Of a stretch of DNA of 32,000 bases, positions 23,946-32,000 are shown piece after piece. A program made the translations under genes and the position numbers. The stretch lies in NCBI RefSeq assembly GCF_000015025.1, contig NC_008578.1:1650001-1682000 (forward strand), written 5' to 3'. Positions within the stretch are counted from its first letter, which is position 1. Each line of letters starts with the position of its first letter. The DNA comes from Acidothermus cellulolyticus 11B. GTDB lineage: Bacteria; Actinomycetota; Actinomycetes; Acidothermales; Acidothermaceae. The notes below the pieces were generated by a model that saw only the letters and a list, made by a program, of their open reading frames with translations, made no database searches and was not told where the DNA came from.

Positions 23946-25562
23946 CTAGGTACGCGGCCGGAGAGCCGGCATGCCGAGGAGGACGCCGCTCGGCCGCACG
24001 CTCCGGCGGGCTTCCCAGGCATCGCCGGCTCGGGTGCGGCGCACACCGAGCACCTGATCGGCGATGAGGCAATGCGGAGCTGCCTGGGTGACGGCGACGG
24101 TCACGACGTCGCCGGGCCGAGCGTCGGTGGCCCGGAAGTGGACCAGCCGGTTGTCCGGCGCCCGTCCGCTCATCCGGTGCGTCTCGGCGTCCTTCCGCCC
24201 CTCCCCTTCGGCGACGAGCACCTCGACGACCCGCCCGACCTGGGCCTGGTTCTCCTCCAGGGCAATCTGTTCGACGAGAGCGACCAGCCGGGCGAACCGA
24301 TCGGCGACGACGTCCGGCGGCACCTGGTCGGGCATCTCGGCGGCGGGTGTGCCCGGCCGCTTGGAGTACTGAAACGTGAAGGCGCCGGCGAATCGGGCTT
24401 TGCGGACGACGTCGAGGGTCTCGGCGAAATCGTCCTCGGTCTCACCCGGGAATCCGACGATGATATCGGTGGTGATTGCCGCATCGGGAATCGCCGACCG
24501 CACCCGGGAAATAATGTCGAGATATTTCTCTTTGCGATAGGACCGCCGCATGCGGCGAAGCACCGCGTCGGAACCGGACTGCAGTGGCATGTGCAGCTGC
24601 GGCATCACGTTCGGTGTCTCGGCCATCGCCGCAATGACGTCGTCGGTGAAATCCCGCGGATGGGGTGACGTGAACCGGACCCGTTCCAGTCCGTCGATCG
24701 TTCCACAGGCGCGCAGCAATTTCGCGAAGGCCTGACGGTCGCCGAAATCCACTCCATAGGAATTGACGTTCTGGCCGAGCAGGGTCACTTCGAGGACGCC
24801 GTCCGCGACCAGCGTCTGAATTTCCCGCAGGATGTCGCCGGGACGACGGTCCCGTTCCCGGCCGCGCAGGCTCGGCACGATGCAGAACGTACAGGTGTTG
24901 TTGCAGCCGACACTGATCGCCACCCATGCGGCGTACACGGATTCCCGGCGCGACGGCAGGGTGGAGGGGAACACCTCGAGCGCCTCGCGAATTTCCACCT
25001 GCGCCTCGCGGGCGATCCGCGCCCGCTCGAGGAGCACCGGGAGCGCCTCGATGTTGTGGGTGCCGAAGACGACGTCCACCCATGGCGCCCGGCGTACGAT
25101 ATCGCCTTTGTCTTTCTGCGCCAGGCAGCCGCCGACCGCGATTTGCATGTCCGGCTTGGCTTTCTTCACCGGCAGCAGCAAGCCGAGATTGCCGTACAGC
25201 CGGTTGTCCGCGTTCTCCCGCACCGCACAGGTGTTGAACACGACGACGTCCGCGGGCTCGTCGTCAGCTGCGCGGACGTAGCCGGCCGCCTCGAGCAGAC
25301 CGGCGATCCGCTCGGAGTCGTGCATGTTCATCTGGCAGCCGAACGTGCGCACCTGATAGGTGCGCGGCCGGTCCGGGGCAGGGCCTGCCGCAGGCAATAC
25401 TTCGGCGCTTTGCCGGCTGTCGGAGTCGAGGAGGGTCACGGGATTCAGGGTACGGGCCGGCGGGACGCGGCGGGACCGCACCGGCGCCGCCGCGCCCGGC
25501 TGACCGCGCCGTCCCGATCGGTGAACCCGCGGCGCACCGGCACGTGGACTGGGCGTCACCAT
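23946..25562 (-). CDS. miaB: tRNA (N6-isopentenyl adenosine(37)-C2)-methylthiotransferase
   Basis: UPF0004 domain cysteines ([29 protein letters not shown]), radical-SAM motif [13 protein letters not shown] and a C-terminal TRAM domain. Start candidates are ATG 25560-25562 and in-frame GTG 25437-25439. The 735-aa ORF-track version overlaps the divergent peptidase gene and is rejected. Confidence 0.93.
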   Translation of the reverse strand: MVTPSPRAGAPRVHRSGRRGQPGAAAPVRSRRVPPARTLNPVTLLDSDSRQSAEVLPAAGPAPDRPRTYQVRTFGCQMNMHDSERIAGLLEAAGYVRAADDEPADVVVFNTCAVRENADNRLYGNLGLLLPVKKAKPDMQIAVGGCLAQKDKGDIVRRAPWVDVVFGTHNIEALPVLLERARIAREAQVEIREALEVFPSTLPSRRESVYAAWVAISVGCNNTCTFCIVPSLRGRERDRRPGDILREIQTLVADGVLEVTLLGQNVNSYGVDFGDRQAFAKLLRACGTIDGLERVRFTSPHPRDFTDDVIAAMAETPNVMPQLHMPLQSGSDAVLRRMRRSYRKEKYLDIISRVRSAIPDAAITTDIIVGFPGETEDDFAETLDVVRKARFAGAFTFQYSKRPGTPAAEMPDQVPPDVVADRFARLVALVEQIALEENQAQVGRVVEVLVAEGEGRKDAETHRMSGRAPDNRLVHFRATDARPGDVVTVAVTQAAPHCLIADQVLGVRRTRAGDAWEARRSVRPSGVLLGMPALRPRT

Positions 25563-25568
25563 GGAGGG

Positions 25569-27509
25569 GTGCCCGAGATTGCTCCGTACGGCAGTTGGGT
25601 GTCCCCGATTTCCGCAGCCGACGTCGCGCGGGGCGGCGTTCGGCTTGGATTTCCGAGCCTCGTCGCCGGCGACGTCTGGTGGTTGGAAGGCCGCCCGACC
25701 GAGCAGGGCCGGCAGGTCGTCGTCTCCGCCCAGCGAGGTGACCTTCTCGGGCCGCCGTGGAACGCCCGTACCCGGGTCCATGAGTACGGCGGCCGAAGTT
25801 TCTGGCCGATAGCCGCGGACTCGTTTGTCTTCAGCGAATGGACCGACCAGCGGCTCTACCTCGTCACCGGGGAGGAGGACCCGCGTCCCCTGACACCTGC
25901 TCCCGCCGTGCCGAGCGGTTGGCGATACGCCGACGCCACGGTCGGCCCGGACGGGCAGGTGTGGTGCGTGCGGGAGACGGTCACGGCCGCCGGGGCATTG
26001 GACGTCGTCCGGGACATTGTCGCCGTTCCCTTGGACGGGTCGGCGGCCGATGATCCGCGACGCATCCGGGTTGTCGTGGGCGGCAGCCGGTTCTTCGCGT
26101 ATCCGACGGTGAGCCCGGACGGCGGCCGCCTTGCCTGGGTCGCGTGGGATCACCCGCAGATGCCGTGGGACGGCACCGAATTACGGATCGGCGCGCTCCG
26201 CGACGGCATCGTCGACACCTGGACGACTGTCGCGGGCGGGCCGGCGGAATCCATTCTGCAGCCGACGTGGGCGACGGACGGTTCGCTGTATTTCCTCTCC
26301 GACCGCAGCGGGTGGTGGAATCTGTACCGCTGGGACGGCGCGGCGGTTCACGCCCTTGCACCGCGGGATGAAGAATGCGGCGGTCCGCTGTGGCAACTGG
26401 GCATGCGGTGGTTCGCACCGCTCGCCGACGGCCGGATCGCTGTCATTCACGGCGGACATCTCGGTGTGCTGAACCCCGATTCCGGTGAGGTCGTGGATGT
26501 GGCAATTCCCCTGTCGTATGTGGATGCGTCGGTCACCGCCGACGGCTCCGAGGTTGTCGTCGTCGGTGCGAGTCCGACGCACCCGCTGTCGGTTGCGCGC
26601 GTGGACGTTTCTACCGGCCGGTACGCAGTGGTGCGCCGGTCGCTGGAGACCCTTCCCCCTGAGGAATACTTGCCGGTGCCGGTCACGCGTATTTTCCGGT
26701 CCGACGACGGGCATGACGTGCACGCGCACGTTTATCCGCCGCGGAATCCGGATTTCCGTGCGCCGGATGGTGAGCGCCCGCCATACATTGTCGTCGCGCA
26801 CGGCGGTCCGACAGCATCGTCGCCGCCGATATTCCGGTTGGAATACGCGTACTTCACCAACCGCGGCATCGGAATTCTGGACGTCGACTACGGCGGGTCG
26901 TCGGGGTACGGCCGCGCCTACCGGGAACGTTTGCGTGGACAGTGGGGTGTCGTCGATGTCGCTGATTGTGTGACGGCGGTTCGCGCATTAGCGGCGTCCG
27001 GCGAAGCCGACCCGAACCGCGTGGCGATCCGCGGCGGCAGTGCCGGCGGCTGGACGGTCCTCTGCGCCGTCACGCGCACGGACGTTTTCGCCGCGGGCAC
27101 CTCGTACTTCGGTGTCGCCGATCCCGAGCAGCTCGCGGCGGAGACCCATGACTTTGAATCGCACTACCTTGACGGGCTGCTCGGTCCCCTGCCGGAGGCG
27201 CGTGACGTCTACCGCGAGCGGGCGCCGATCCGCCGCGTCGACGCGGTACGCTGCCCGGTGCTGTTGCTGCAAGGCGCGCAGGACCCCATCGTTCCGCCGT
27301 CCCAAGCGGAATTGTTCCGCGACGCGCTGGCGGCCAAGGGAATTCCGCATGCGTATCTGTTGTTTGAGGGCGAGCAGCATGGGTTCCGACAGGCGGAGAA
27401 CATCGTCCGCGCGTTGGAAGCGGAATTGTCGTTCTACGGCCAGCTCTTCGGCTTTTCGCCGCCGGGAATTCCCGTGCTTCCGCTCACGCCGGCGCCGCCG
27501 GCTCCTTAG
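25569..27509 (+). CDS. S9 family serine peptidase (prolyl oligopeptidase / acylaminoacyl-peptidase-like)
   Basis: N-terminal beta-propeller region starting [16 protein letters not shown]. The C-terminal alpha/beta hydrolase domain has nucleophile motif IRGGSAGGW, Asp in [11 protein letters not shown] and His in EGEQHGF. Start tentatively GTG 25569; an alternative in-frame GTG is at 25521. Confidence 0.9.
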   Translation: MPEIAPYGSWVSPISAADVARGGVRLGFPSLVAGDVWWLEGRPTEQGRQVVVSAQRGDLLGPPWNARTRVHEYGGRSFWPIAADSFVFSEWTDQRLYLVTGEEDPRPLTPAPAVPSGWRYADATVGPDGQVWCVRETVTAAGALDVVRDIVAVPLDGSAADDPRRIRVVVGGSRFFAYPTVSPDGGRLAWVAWDHPQMPWDGTELRIGALRDGIVDTWTTVAGGPAESILQPTWATDGSLYFLSDRSGWWNLYRWDGAAVHALAPRDEECGGPLWQLGMRWFAPLADGRIAVIHGGHLGVLNPDSGEVVDVAIPLSYVDASVTADGSEVVVVGASPTHPLSVARVDVSTGRYAVVRRSLETLPPEEYLPVPVTRIFRSDDGHDVHAHVYPPRNPDFRAPDGERPPYIVVAHGGPTASSPPIFRLEYAYFTNRGIGILDVDYGGSSGYGRAYRERLRGQWGVVDVADCVTAVRALAASGEADPNRVAIRGGSAGGWTVLCAVTRTDVFAAGTSYFGVADPEQLAAETHDFESHYLDGLLGPLPEARDVYRERAPIRRVDAVRCPVLLLQGAQDPIVPPSQAELFRDALAAKGIPHAYLLFEGEQHGFRQAENIVRALEAELSFYGQLFGFSPPGIPVLPLTPAPPAP

Positions 27510-28981
27510 TGGGCGAATTCGCTGGCCCGGGTTTCACGGACGACGGTGACCCGGATCTGCCCGGGGTAGGTGAGTTCCGTCTCGATTTGTTTGGCGATGT
27601 CACGGGCGATGACCTGCGCTTGGATGTCGTCCACGACGTCGGGGAGGACCATCACGCGCAATTCACGTCCGGCCTGCATGGCGAAGACCTTCTCGACACC
27701 CTCGTACGCCGACGCGATCTCTTCCAGCCGCTCCAACCGTTGCACGTAGGATTCCAGGGATTCGCGCCGGGCGCCCGGGCGGCCTCCGCTGATCGCGTCA
27801 GCCGCTTGGGTGAGGACCGCCTCGATGGTGCGGGGTTCAACCTCGTTGTGGTGCGCTTCGATCGCGTGGACGACGTCCTCGTGCTCGCCGTACCGCCGGG
27901 CCAGTTCAGCTCCGATCAGGGCGTGGCTGCCCTCCACCTCGTGGCTCAAGGCCTTGCCGATGTCGTGGAGCAGCGCGCCGCGCTTGACCAGCTGGGGATC
28001 GATGTGCAGTTCGGCGGCCATGACGCCCGCGAGATGGGCGGTCTCCACGAGGTGTTTGAGCACGTTCTGCCCGTAGGACGTGCGGTAGCGCAGGCGACCG
28101 AGGAGCGCGACCAGCTCGGGGTGCATGCCGGTGATGCCGACCGCGAGCAGGGCGTCCTCGGCGGCCCGCTGGCAGAGCCGCTCGACTTCGAGCCGGCTGG
28201 CTTCGTACACCTCCTCGATGCGGAGGGGGTGGATGCGACCGTCGTCCACCAGACGTTCCAATGCGACCCGGGCGATTTCGCGGCGTACCGGATCAAAGCA
28301 CGAGAGGAGAACCGCTTCGGGGGTGTCATCGATGATGAGGTTGACGCCCGTGATCGACTCGAACGCCCGGATGTTGCGACCCTCACGCCCGATGATCCGG
28401 CCCTTCATCTCGTCGCCGGGCAGGTGCACGACGGAGACGACCGATTCGGCCGTCTGTTCACTGGCAACCCGCTGGATCGCAGTGGTCACAATCTCCCGCG
28501 CGCGTCGTTCGGCTTCTTCGGTCGCCGCCCGCTCGATCTCGCGGACCGTCAACGCGGCATCCCGCTTGGCCTGGTTTTCGATGAGCGCGACGAGCTCGGC
28601 TTTGGCCGCCTCGGCGGTCAGCCCGGCCGTTCGTTCGAGCAGCAACCGCCGTTCCTCCGCGACCTGCGCAAGCTCCGCTTGCAGGCGGCCGAGCTTCTCT
28701 TCGAGTTCAGCAAGCTGCCGCTCGCGGGCGGCGAGGCGCTCATGCTCGGCGTCCAGTCGTGCCTCGCGTTCGGCGAGGCGCTGTTCGCGACGCTCGAGCT
28801 CGGACCGAGCCTCCCGAATCTCGGCCTCGGCAGCGGCGGCGTCCGGTCCGGACATGCCGGAGGGTTGGCGAACGTTCCCCGCATCGACCCGGGGAGCCCG
28901 GCCAAATTTGATGACAACAAAGATTGCAATCACCAGGGCAGCGACCGCGACGACCCCGACAGTAGCGATCAATACGGGCAT
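27506..28981 (-). CDS. rny: Ribonuclease Y
   Basis: N-terminal TM helix (MPVLIATVGVVAVAALVIAIFVV), coiled-coil (REARLDAEHERLAARERQLAELEEKL), KH domain (GRIIGREGRNIRAFESITGV) and HD domain (LLHDIGKA ... AIEAHH). ATG 28979-28981 is preceded by GAGGGAGAG. Confidence 0.95.
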   Translation of the reverse strand: MPVLIATVGVVAVAALVIAIFVVIKFGRAPRVDAGNVRQPSGMSGPDAAAAEAEIREARSELERREQRLAEREARLDAEHERLAARERQLAELEEKLGRLQAELAQVAEERRLLLERTAGLTAEAAKAELVALIENQAKRDAALTVREIERAATEEAERRAREIVTTAIQRVASEQTAESVVSVVHLPGDEMKGRIIGREGRNIRAFESITGVNLIIDDTPEAVLLSCFDPVRREIARVALERLVDDGRIHPLRIEEVYEASRLEVERLCQRAAEDALLAVGITGMHPELVALLGRLRYRTSYGQNVLKHLVETAHLAGVMAAELHIDPQLVKRGALLHDIGKALSHEVEGSHALIGAELARRYGEHEDVVHAIEAHHNEVEPRTIEAVLTQAADAISGGRPGARRESLESYVQRLERLEEIASAYEGVEKVFAMQAGRELRVMVLPDVVDDIQAQVIARDIAKQIETELTYPGQIRVTVVRETRASEFAH

Positions 28982-29041
28982 CCCTGCTCTCCCTCGGTCG
29001 GGCGCAGCTCGCTGCGCGATGGCACTGCGAGGGGCCGACCG

Positions 29042-29103
29042 CACCTCACCGTGACGCGGATGGCAACGTAAGCGACATGCACGTCACCTCACGGTGACGC
29101 GAA
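29042..29103. repeat. Direct repeat cacctcac[c/g]gtgacgcg[g/a]a, 2 copies, 43-bp period, upstream of rny
   Basis: Copies at 29042-29060 and 29085-29103. Each contains a TCACnGTGA palindrome. The second can form a 7-bp hairpin, cgtcacc-tcac-ggtgacg (29082-29099). Confidence 0.85.
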
Positions 29104-29293
29104 CGCACGTCTCGCCGCTACGTCCCCTATCGCACCACCTGGTTCGCAGGTCCCGGTCTCACTTCGTGATCGTTCCGTTGTTATGGCTACGGGTGCCGAG
29201 GCACCCCGGATCGGTCGTCGGACGCCGGTCGGTTGCGGCCTGGTCCGGCCCACTCCTTACTTCTGCCGAGGCTATGCGCCGGACTGGAGTCGG

Positions 29294-29845
29294 TCAAGCA
29301 CGCTCCGCATCGCTGGCGTCCGTCGCACCCTCCTCGATGACACCGTCACCGAGGACGTGCCGGATCGCCTGGAAGACGACCTCGGGTGAGTACCCACGGC
29401 GGGCCAACATCGCAGCAAGCCGACGGACCTTTACGGGTTCCGGCAGGCCGACCATGGTCCGGCAACGCATGCGGGCCAGCGCAGTTGCCGCAGCCAACAC
29501 GTCGTCCGGGTCGACCGTGTCCACCGTCTCGCGAATGATCACCTCATCCACGCCTCTGCGCCGCAGTTCGCCGGCGATTGCCCGTGGGGCAAGTCCGCGC
29601 CGTCGTCGGCTGGTCATCCACTGGACCGCATACGCCCGATCATCGATGAGACCAACCGCGGCCAGCCGTTCCAGCACCTCGGCGGTCGCATCTGCAGGAA
29701 TCCCCCGCCGGTGCAGCGCGTCAGCAAGCTGCTGCCTGGTACGCGGCGCACCGGCAAGTTGATCGAGGGCGATCCGCCGTCCGGCCTCGACGGGATCGTC
29801 GAGGCCCGGCGGTTCGGTCCGGCGTCTCGCCGATGGACTCCTCAG
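29294..29845 (-). CDS. recX: Recombination regulator RecX (5' boundary unresolved)
   Basis: RecX three-helix repeats are recognisable ([19 protein letters not shown]..., [16 protein letters not shown]..., [21 protein letters not shown]). My manual translation upstream of the ORF-track GTG (29677) continues open and RecX-like ([37 protein letters not shown]) up to a stop at 29864-29866. That stretch has no ATG/GTG/TTG. The end coordinate given is a CTG overlapping the recA stop. Confidence 0.8.
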   Translation of the reverse strand: MRSPSARRRTEPPGLDDPVEAGRRIALDQLAGAPRTRQQLADALHRRGIPADATAEVLERLAAVGLIDDRAYAVQWMTSRRRRGLAPRAIAGELRRRGVDEVIIRETVDTVDPDDVLAAATALARMRCRTMVGLPEPVKVRRLAAMLARRGYSPEVVFQAIRHVLGDGVIEEGATDASDAERA

Positions 29846-30879
29846 CGCTCCACCACCGTCAAGTCAATGGGCGCGTCAACCCGCGGCCCAATGCCAAGCT
29901 TCTCCTTGATTTTCTTCTCGATTTCGTCCGCCAGGTCGGGATTCTCCCGCAGGAAATTACGGGCGTTCTCCTTGCCCTGACCCAGTTGGTCGCCTTCGTA
30001 CGTGTACCAGGCACCGGATTTCCGGATGATGCCGTGCTCCACCCCCATGTCAATGAGACTGCCCTCCCGGCTGATTCCGACGTTGTACAGGATGTCGAAT
30101 TCAGCCTGCCGAAATGGGGAGGCGCACTTGTTCTTGACAACCTTCACCCGGGTCCGGTTGCCGATGGCTTCCTGCCCTTCCTTGATGGTGTCGATGCGGC
30201 GGACATCAAGGCGGATCGAAGCGTAGAACTTCAGAGCCTTCCCACCGGTGGTCGTTTCCGGGCTTCCGAAGAAGACCCCGACCTTCTCTCGCAGCTGATT
30301 GATGAAGATTGCGGTCGTGCCGGAGTGGCTGAGCGCACCGGTAATCTTGCGGAGCGCCTGACTCATCAGCCGGGCCTGCAGGCCGACATGGCTGTCGCCC
30401 ATCTCCCCCTCAATTTCAGCCCGGGGCACCAGCGCAGCAACCGAGTCAATGACCACGACGTCGATGGCCCCTGACCGAATCAACGTATCGGCGATCTCCA
30501 GGGCTTGTTCTCCCGTATCCGGCTGGGAGACGAGGAGATTATCGGTGTCCACTCCGAGCTTTTTCGCGTATTCGGGATCCAGGGCATGCTCGGCGTCGAT
30601 GAATGCGGCGATGCCGCCGGCGCGCTGGGCATTCGCCACCGCGTGCAGTGCCAGGGTGGTCTTGCCCGATGACTCCGGTCCGTAGATCTCGACGATCCGC
30701 CCACGCGGCAGACCGCCGATCCCTAACGCGACGTCCAGGGCGATCGATCCGGTAGGGATGACGTCGATCGGAGCCCGCGCCTCGTCACCGAGACGCATCA
30801 ATGAACCCTTGCCGTGAGCCCGTTCGATCTGCGCGATCGCGTGCTCCAGTGCCTTCTCGCGGTCGAATGCTGCTGCCAT
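29842..30879 (-). CDS. recA: Recombinase RecA (no intein)
   Basis: Unmistakable RecA sequence ([27 protein letters not shown], Walker [48 protein letters not shown]). Start placed at ATG 30877-30879 ([11 protein letters not shown]). An upstream in-frame ATG at 30889-30891 is possible. Confidence 0.97.
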   Translation of the reverse strand: MAAAFDREKALEHAIAQIERAHGKGSLMRLGDEARAPIDVIPTGSIALDVALGIGGLPRGRIVEIYGPESSGKTTLALHAVANAQRAGGIAAFIDAEHALDPEYAKKLGVDTDNLLVSQPDTGEQALEIADTLIRSGAIDVVVIDSVAALVPRAEIEGEMGDSHVGLQARLMSQALRKITGALSHSGTTAIFINQLREKVGVFFGSPETTTGGKALKFYASIRLDVRRIDTIKEGQEAIGNRTRVKVVKNKCASPFRQAEFDILYNVGISREGSLIDMGVEHGIIRKSGAWYTYEGDQLGQGKENARNFLRENPDLADEIEKKIKEKLGIGPRVDAPIDLTVVER

Positions 30880-31005
30880 CGGTCTGCCCATCCTGTTCTT
30901 TCACGGTGCGGAACTCGGTCGCGAACGACGCTAAACGCCCTCGCCGACGTTTCCCATTCACCGGCCGCGGCTGTGTATCGCCGTCCCACCGTGTGTGGAC
31001 ACTAA

Positions 31006-31021
31006 CCGAACAGATGTTCGA
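31006..31021. promoter_or_regulatory. LexA operator (SOS box) upstream of recA, TCGAACatctGTTCGG on the recA strand
   Basis: One mismatch to TCGAAC-N4-GTTCGA. It lies ~115-130 nt upstream of the recA start and is followed on the recA strand by TAGTGT, a possible -10. Confidence 0.85.
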
Positions 31022-31249
31022 TCCCGCGGCGACACGCCGAACGCGGACGAAGCGCCACGCGGATGCCACGGGACGGCGCACATGCCGCAACGTCGAGGAC
31101 GGCGGACGGCGGCAGCGGGAAGACCCCGGGAGCGCCGACCCGGCCTGGGCGGCGGCCTCGGGCACGGTGGACGACGCCGACAGGCGAAGCCGGAAACGCC
31201 TGGGTCCCGCTGCACGCGGCGAAATCCCGGATCCCGCGGCGGCGATCGA

Positions 31250-31444
31250 TCACTGCAGGTGCGTCGGCACGTCGACGGCCCGGCACACCGCGCGCCAGAT
31301 GTCGGCCGGTTCCACGCCGGCTTCTAATGCCTGGTGAACCGTCCGCTCCCCCAGCTCGGCAAGCACGAAGTCGTGAGCGAACGATGCCGCGTACACCTCA
31401 CCGAACGCACTGCGCATCCGGTCCCAGAAATCTGTGAGCCGCAC
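31250..31444 (-). CDS. DUF3046 domain-containing protein (Rv2738c-like)
   Basis: 64 aa from GTG 31442-31444: VRLTDFWDRMRSAFGEVYAASFAHDFVLAELGERTVHQALEAGVEPADIWRAVCRAVDVP. Its size, sequence pattern and position just upstream of recA match the small conserved actinobacterial DUF3046 family. The 115-aa ORF-track version has a non-conserved Arg-rich extension. Confidence 0.8.
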   Translation of the reverse strand: MRLTDFWDRMRSAFGEVYAASFAHDFVLAELGERTVHQALEAGVEPADIWRAVCRAVDVPTHLQ

Positions 31445-31499
31445 ACCCGTCAGTATCCAGAGGCCGGAGCCGGACCGGAAAGCCGAAAGCACGGACCGG

Positions 31500-31573
31500 A
31501 GACGCGAGCGGCGCGGGCCGGACACGCGAGCGGGCCGGGAACGCCGACCCGGACTGCAGACGCGAGCGGCGCG
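31500..31573. repeat. Three copies of CCGGA-(N0-5)-ACGCGAGCGG(G/C)(C/G)CG upstream of the DUF3046 gene
   Basis: agacgcgagcggcgcg at 31500-31515 and 31558-31573 are identical. The variant gacacgcgagcgggccg lies at ~31521-31537. Each copy is preceded by ccgga. Confidence 0.8.
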
Positions 31574-31825
31574 CCATGCATCCCTGCACCGGCCCACGGC
31601 GTCCTTCCAGCAGACGCACGCGAGGTAAGCCGGGCACGTCCGGTCTCCCGGGGATCACCGATCCTTCCCCACACCGGGCCTCGGCAACCCGCCCGCACAC
31701 GTCGAGCCACCCTGGAGGCCACCATCGATCGGCTAACCGTTCCCGCTTGGGCGCGGGACGTCACACCGCTCCCCAGTGCCGTGAATCCGGAAGAGAAACG
31801 CCAACGACTGGGCGACCGCCGGCGG

Positions 31826-31943
31826 GAAATACGGCCATATGCGGGCCGCTCGGCCAGCGGCTCGGCGTCGATCCCGCGGAGGTGGCCGACGACATCGTGC
31901 GAAATACGGCCATATGCGGGCGGCTCGGCGGATGGCTCGGCGT
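31826..31943. repeat. Direct repeat, two 43-nt copies, 75-bp period (gaaatacggccatatgcgggc...ggctcggcgt)
   Basis: Copies at 31826-31868 and 31901-31943. The first 21 nt are identical, and there are 5 mismatches over 43 nt. The sequence includes a CATATG palindrome in an otherwise GC-rich, apparently non-coding region at the window edge. Confidence 0.9.
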
Positions 31944-32000
31944 ACCCGAATTACGTCGGTCCACCAGTGCCGGACCGGGAAACCGCTTATTATGGGGCGA

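Noticed and set aside
27506-27509. 4-nt overlap of the convergent stop codons of the S9 peptidase and rny
   Set aside because: The overlap is real (TAG 27507-27509 vs TAA on the minus strand at 27506-27508) but is a common consequence of compact genomes. It implies the absence of a shared terminator hairpin rather than a special mechanism.
27509-29071. 520-aa plus-strand ORF covering rny
   Set aside because: It is antisense to RNase Y, whose TM, KH and HD domains are clear. The translation is Gly/Asp/Leu/Arg-rich without motifs.
29842-30891. Possible RecA intein, as in Mycobacterium tuberculosis or M. leprae
   Set aside because: RecA is 345-349 aa and colinear with intein-less RecA throughout, with no insertion.
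1-32000. tRNA, rRNA, transposase, integrase or phage genes
   Set aside because: I saw no T-loop/GTTCGAATC-type tRNA signatures, no rRNA-like segments, and no ORF with DDE transposase, tyrosine recombinase or serine recombinase motifs. The gene content is syntenic core.

Overview
High-GC (roughly two-thirds G+C by eye) actinobacterial chromosomal core region, densely coding. The gene order matches the conserved nrdJ-nrdR / lexA / hflX-dapF-miaA / miaB / rny-recX-recA neighbourhood of Actinobacteria. Left to right: two MFS transporters, a Zn-dependent alcohol dehydrogenase, hsp20, a nucleoside hydrolase, class II ribonucleotide reductase nrdJ (interrupted by a 153-aa mini-intein), nrdR, a small LysM membrane protein (ChiZ/DivS-like) divergent from lexA with three SOS boxes between them, a DinG-like helicase, a membrane PAS-GGDEF-EAL protein, hflX, dapF, miaA, a conserved protein of unknown function, a DUF349 protein, a secreted cell-wall-binding metzincin, miaB, an S9 serine peptidase, RNase Y, recX, recA (with SOS box) and a DUF3046 protein. 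I found no rRNA, tRNA, CRISPR array, transposase or phage genes, and no obvious multi-gene novel system such as a defence island. The most unusual points I can support from the sequence are these. (1) The NrdJ mini-intein sits at the active-site ACF cysteine. (2) The conserved N-terminal region of recX has no ATG/GTG/TTG start, and the only near-cognate codon is a CTG overlapping the recA stop. (3) The GGDEF-EAL gene overlaps the DinG-like helicase gene by GTGA. (4) There are many very local two- or three-copy direct duplications (15-75 bp period) in intergenic regions and, in frame, in hflX, dapF and miaA. (5) An SOS-controlled LysM gene lies directly upstream of nrdR-nrdJ. All functional calls rest on motifs I recognised in the translations; no database search was run.
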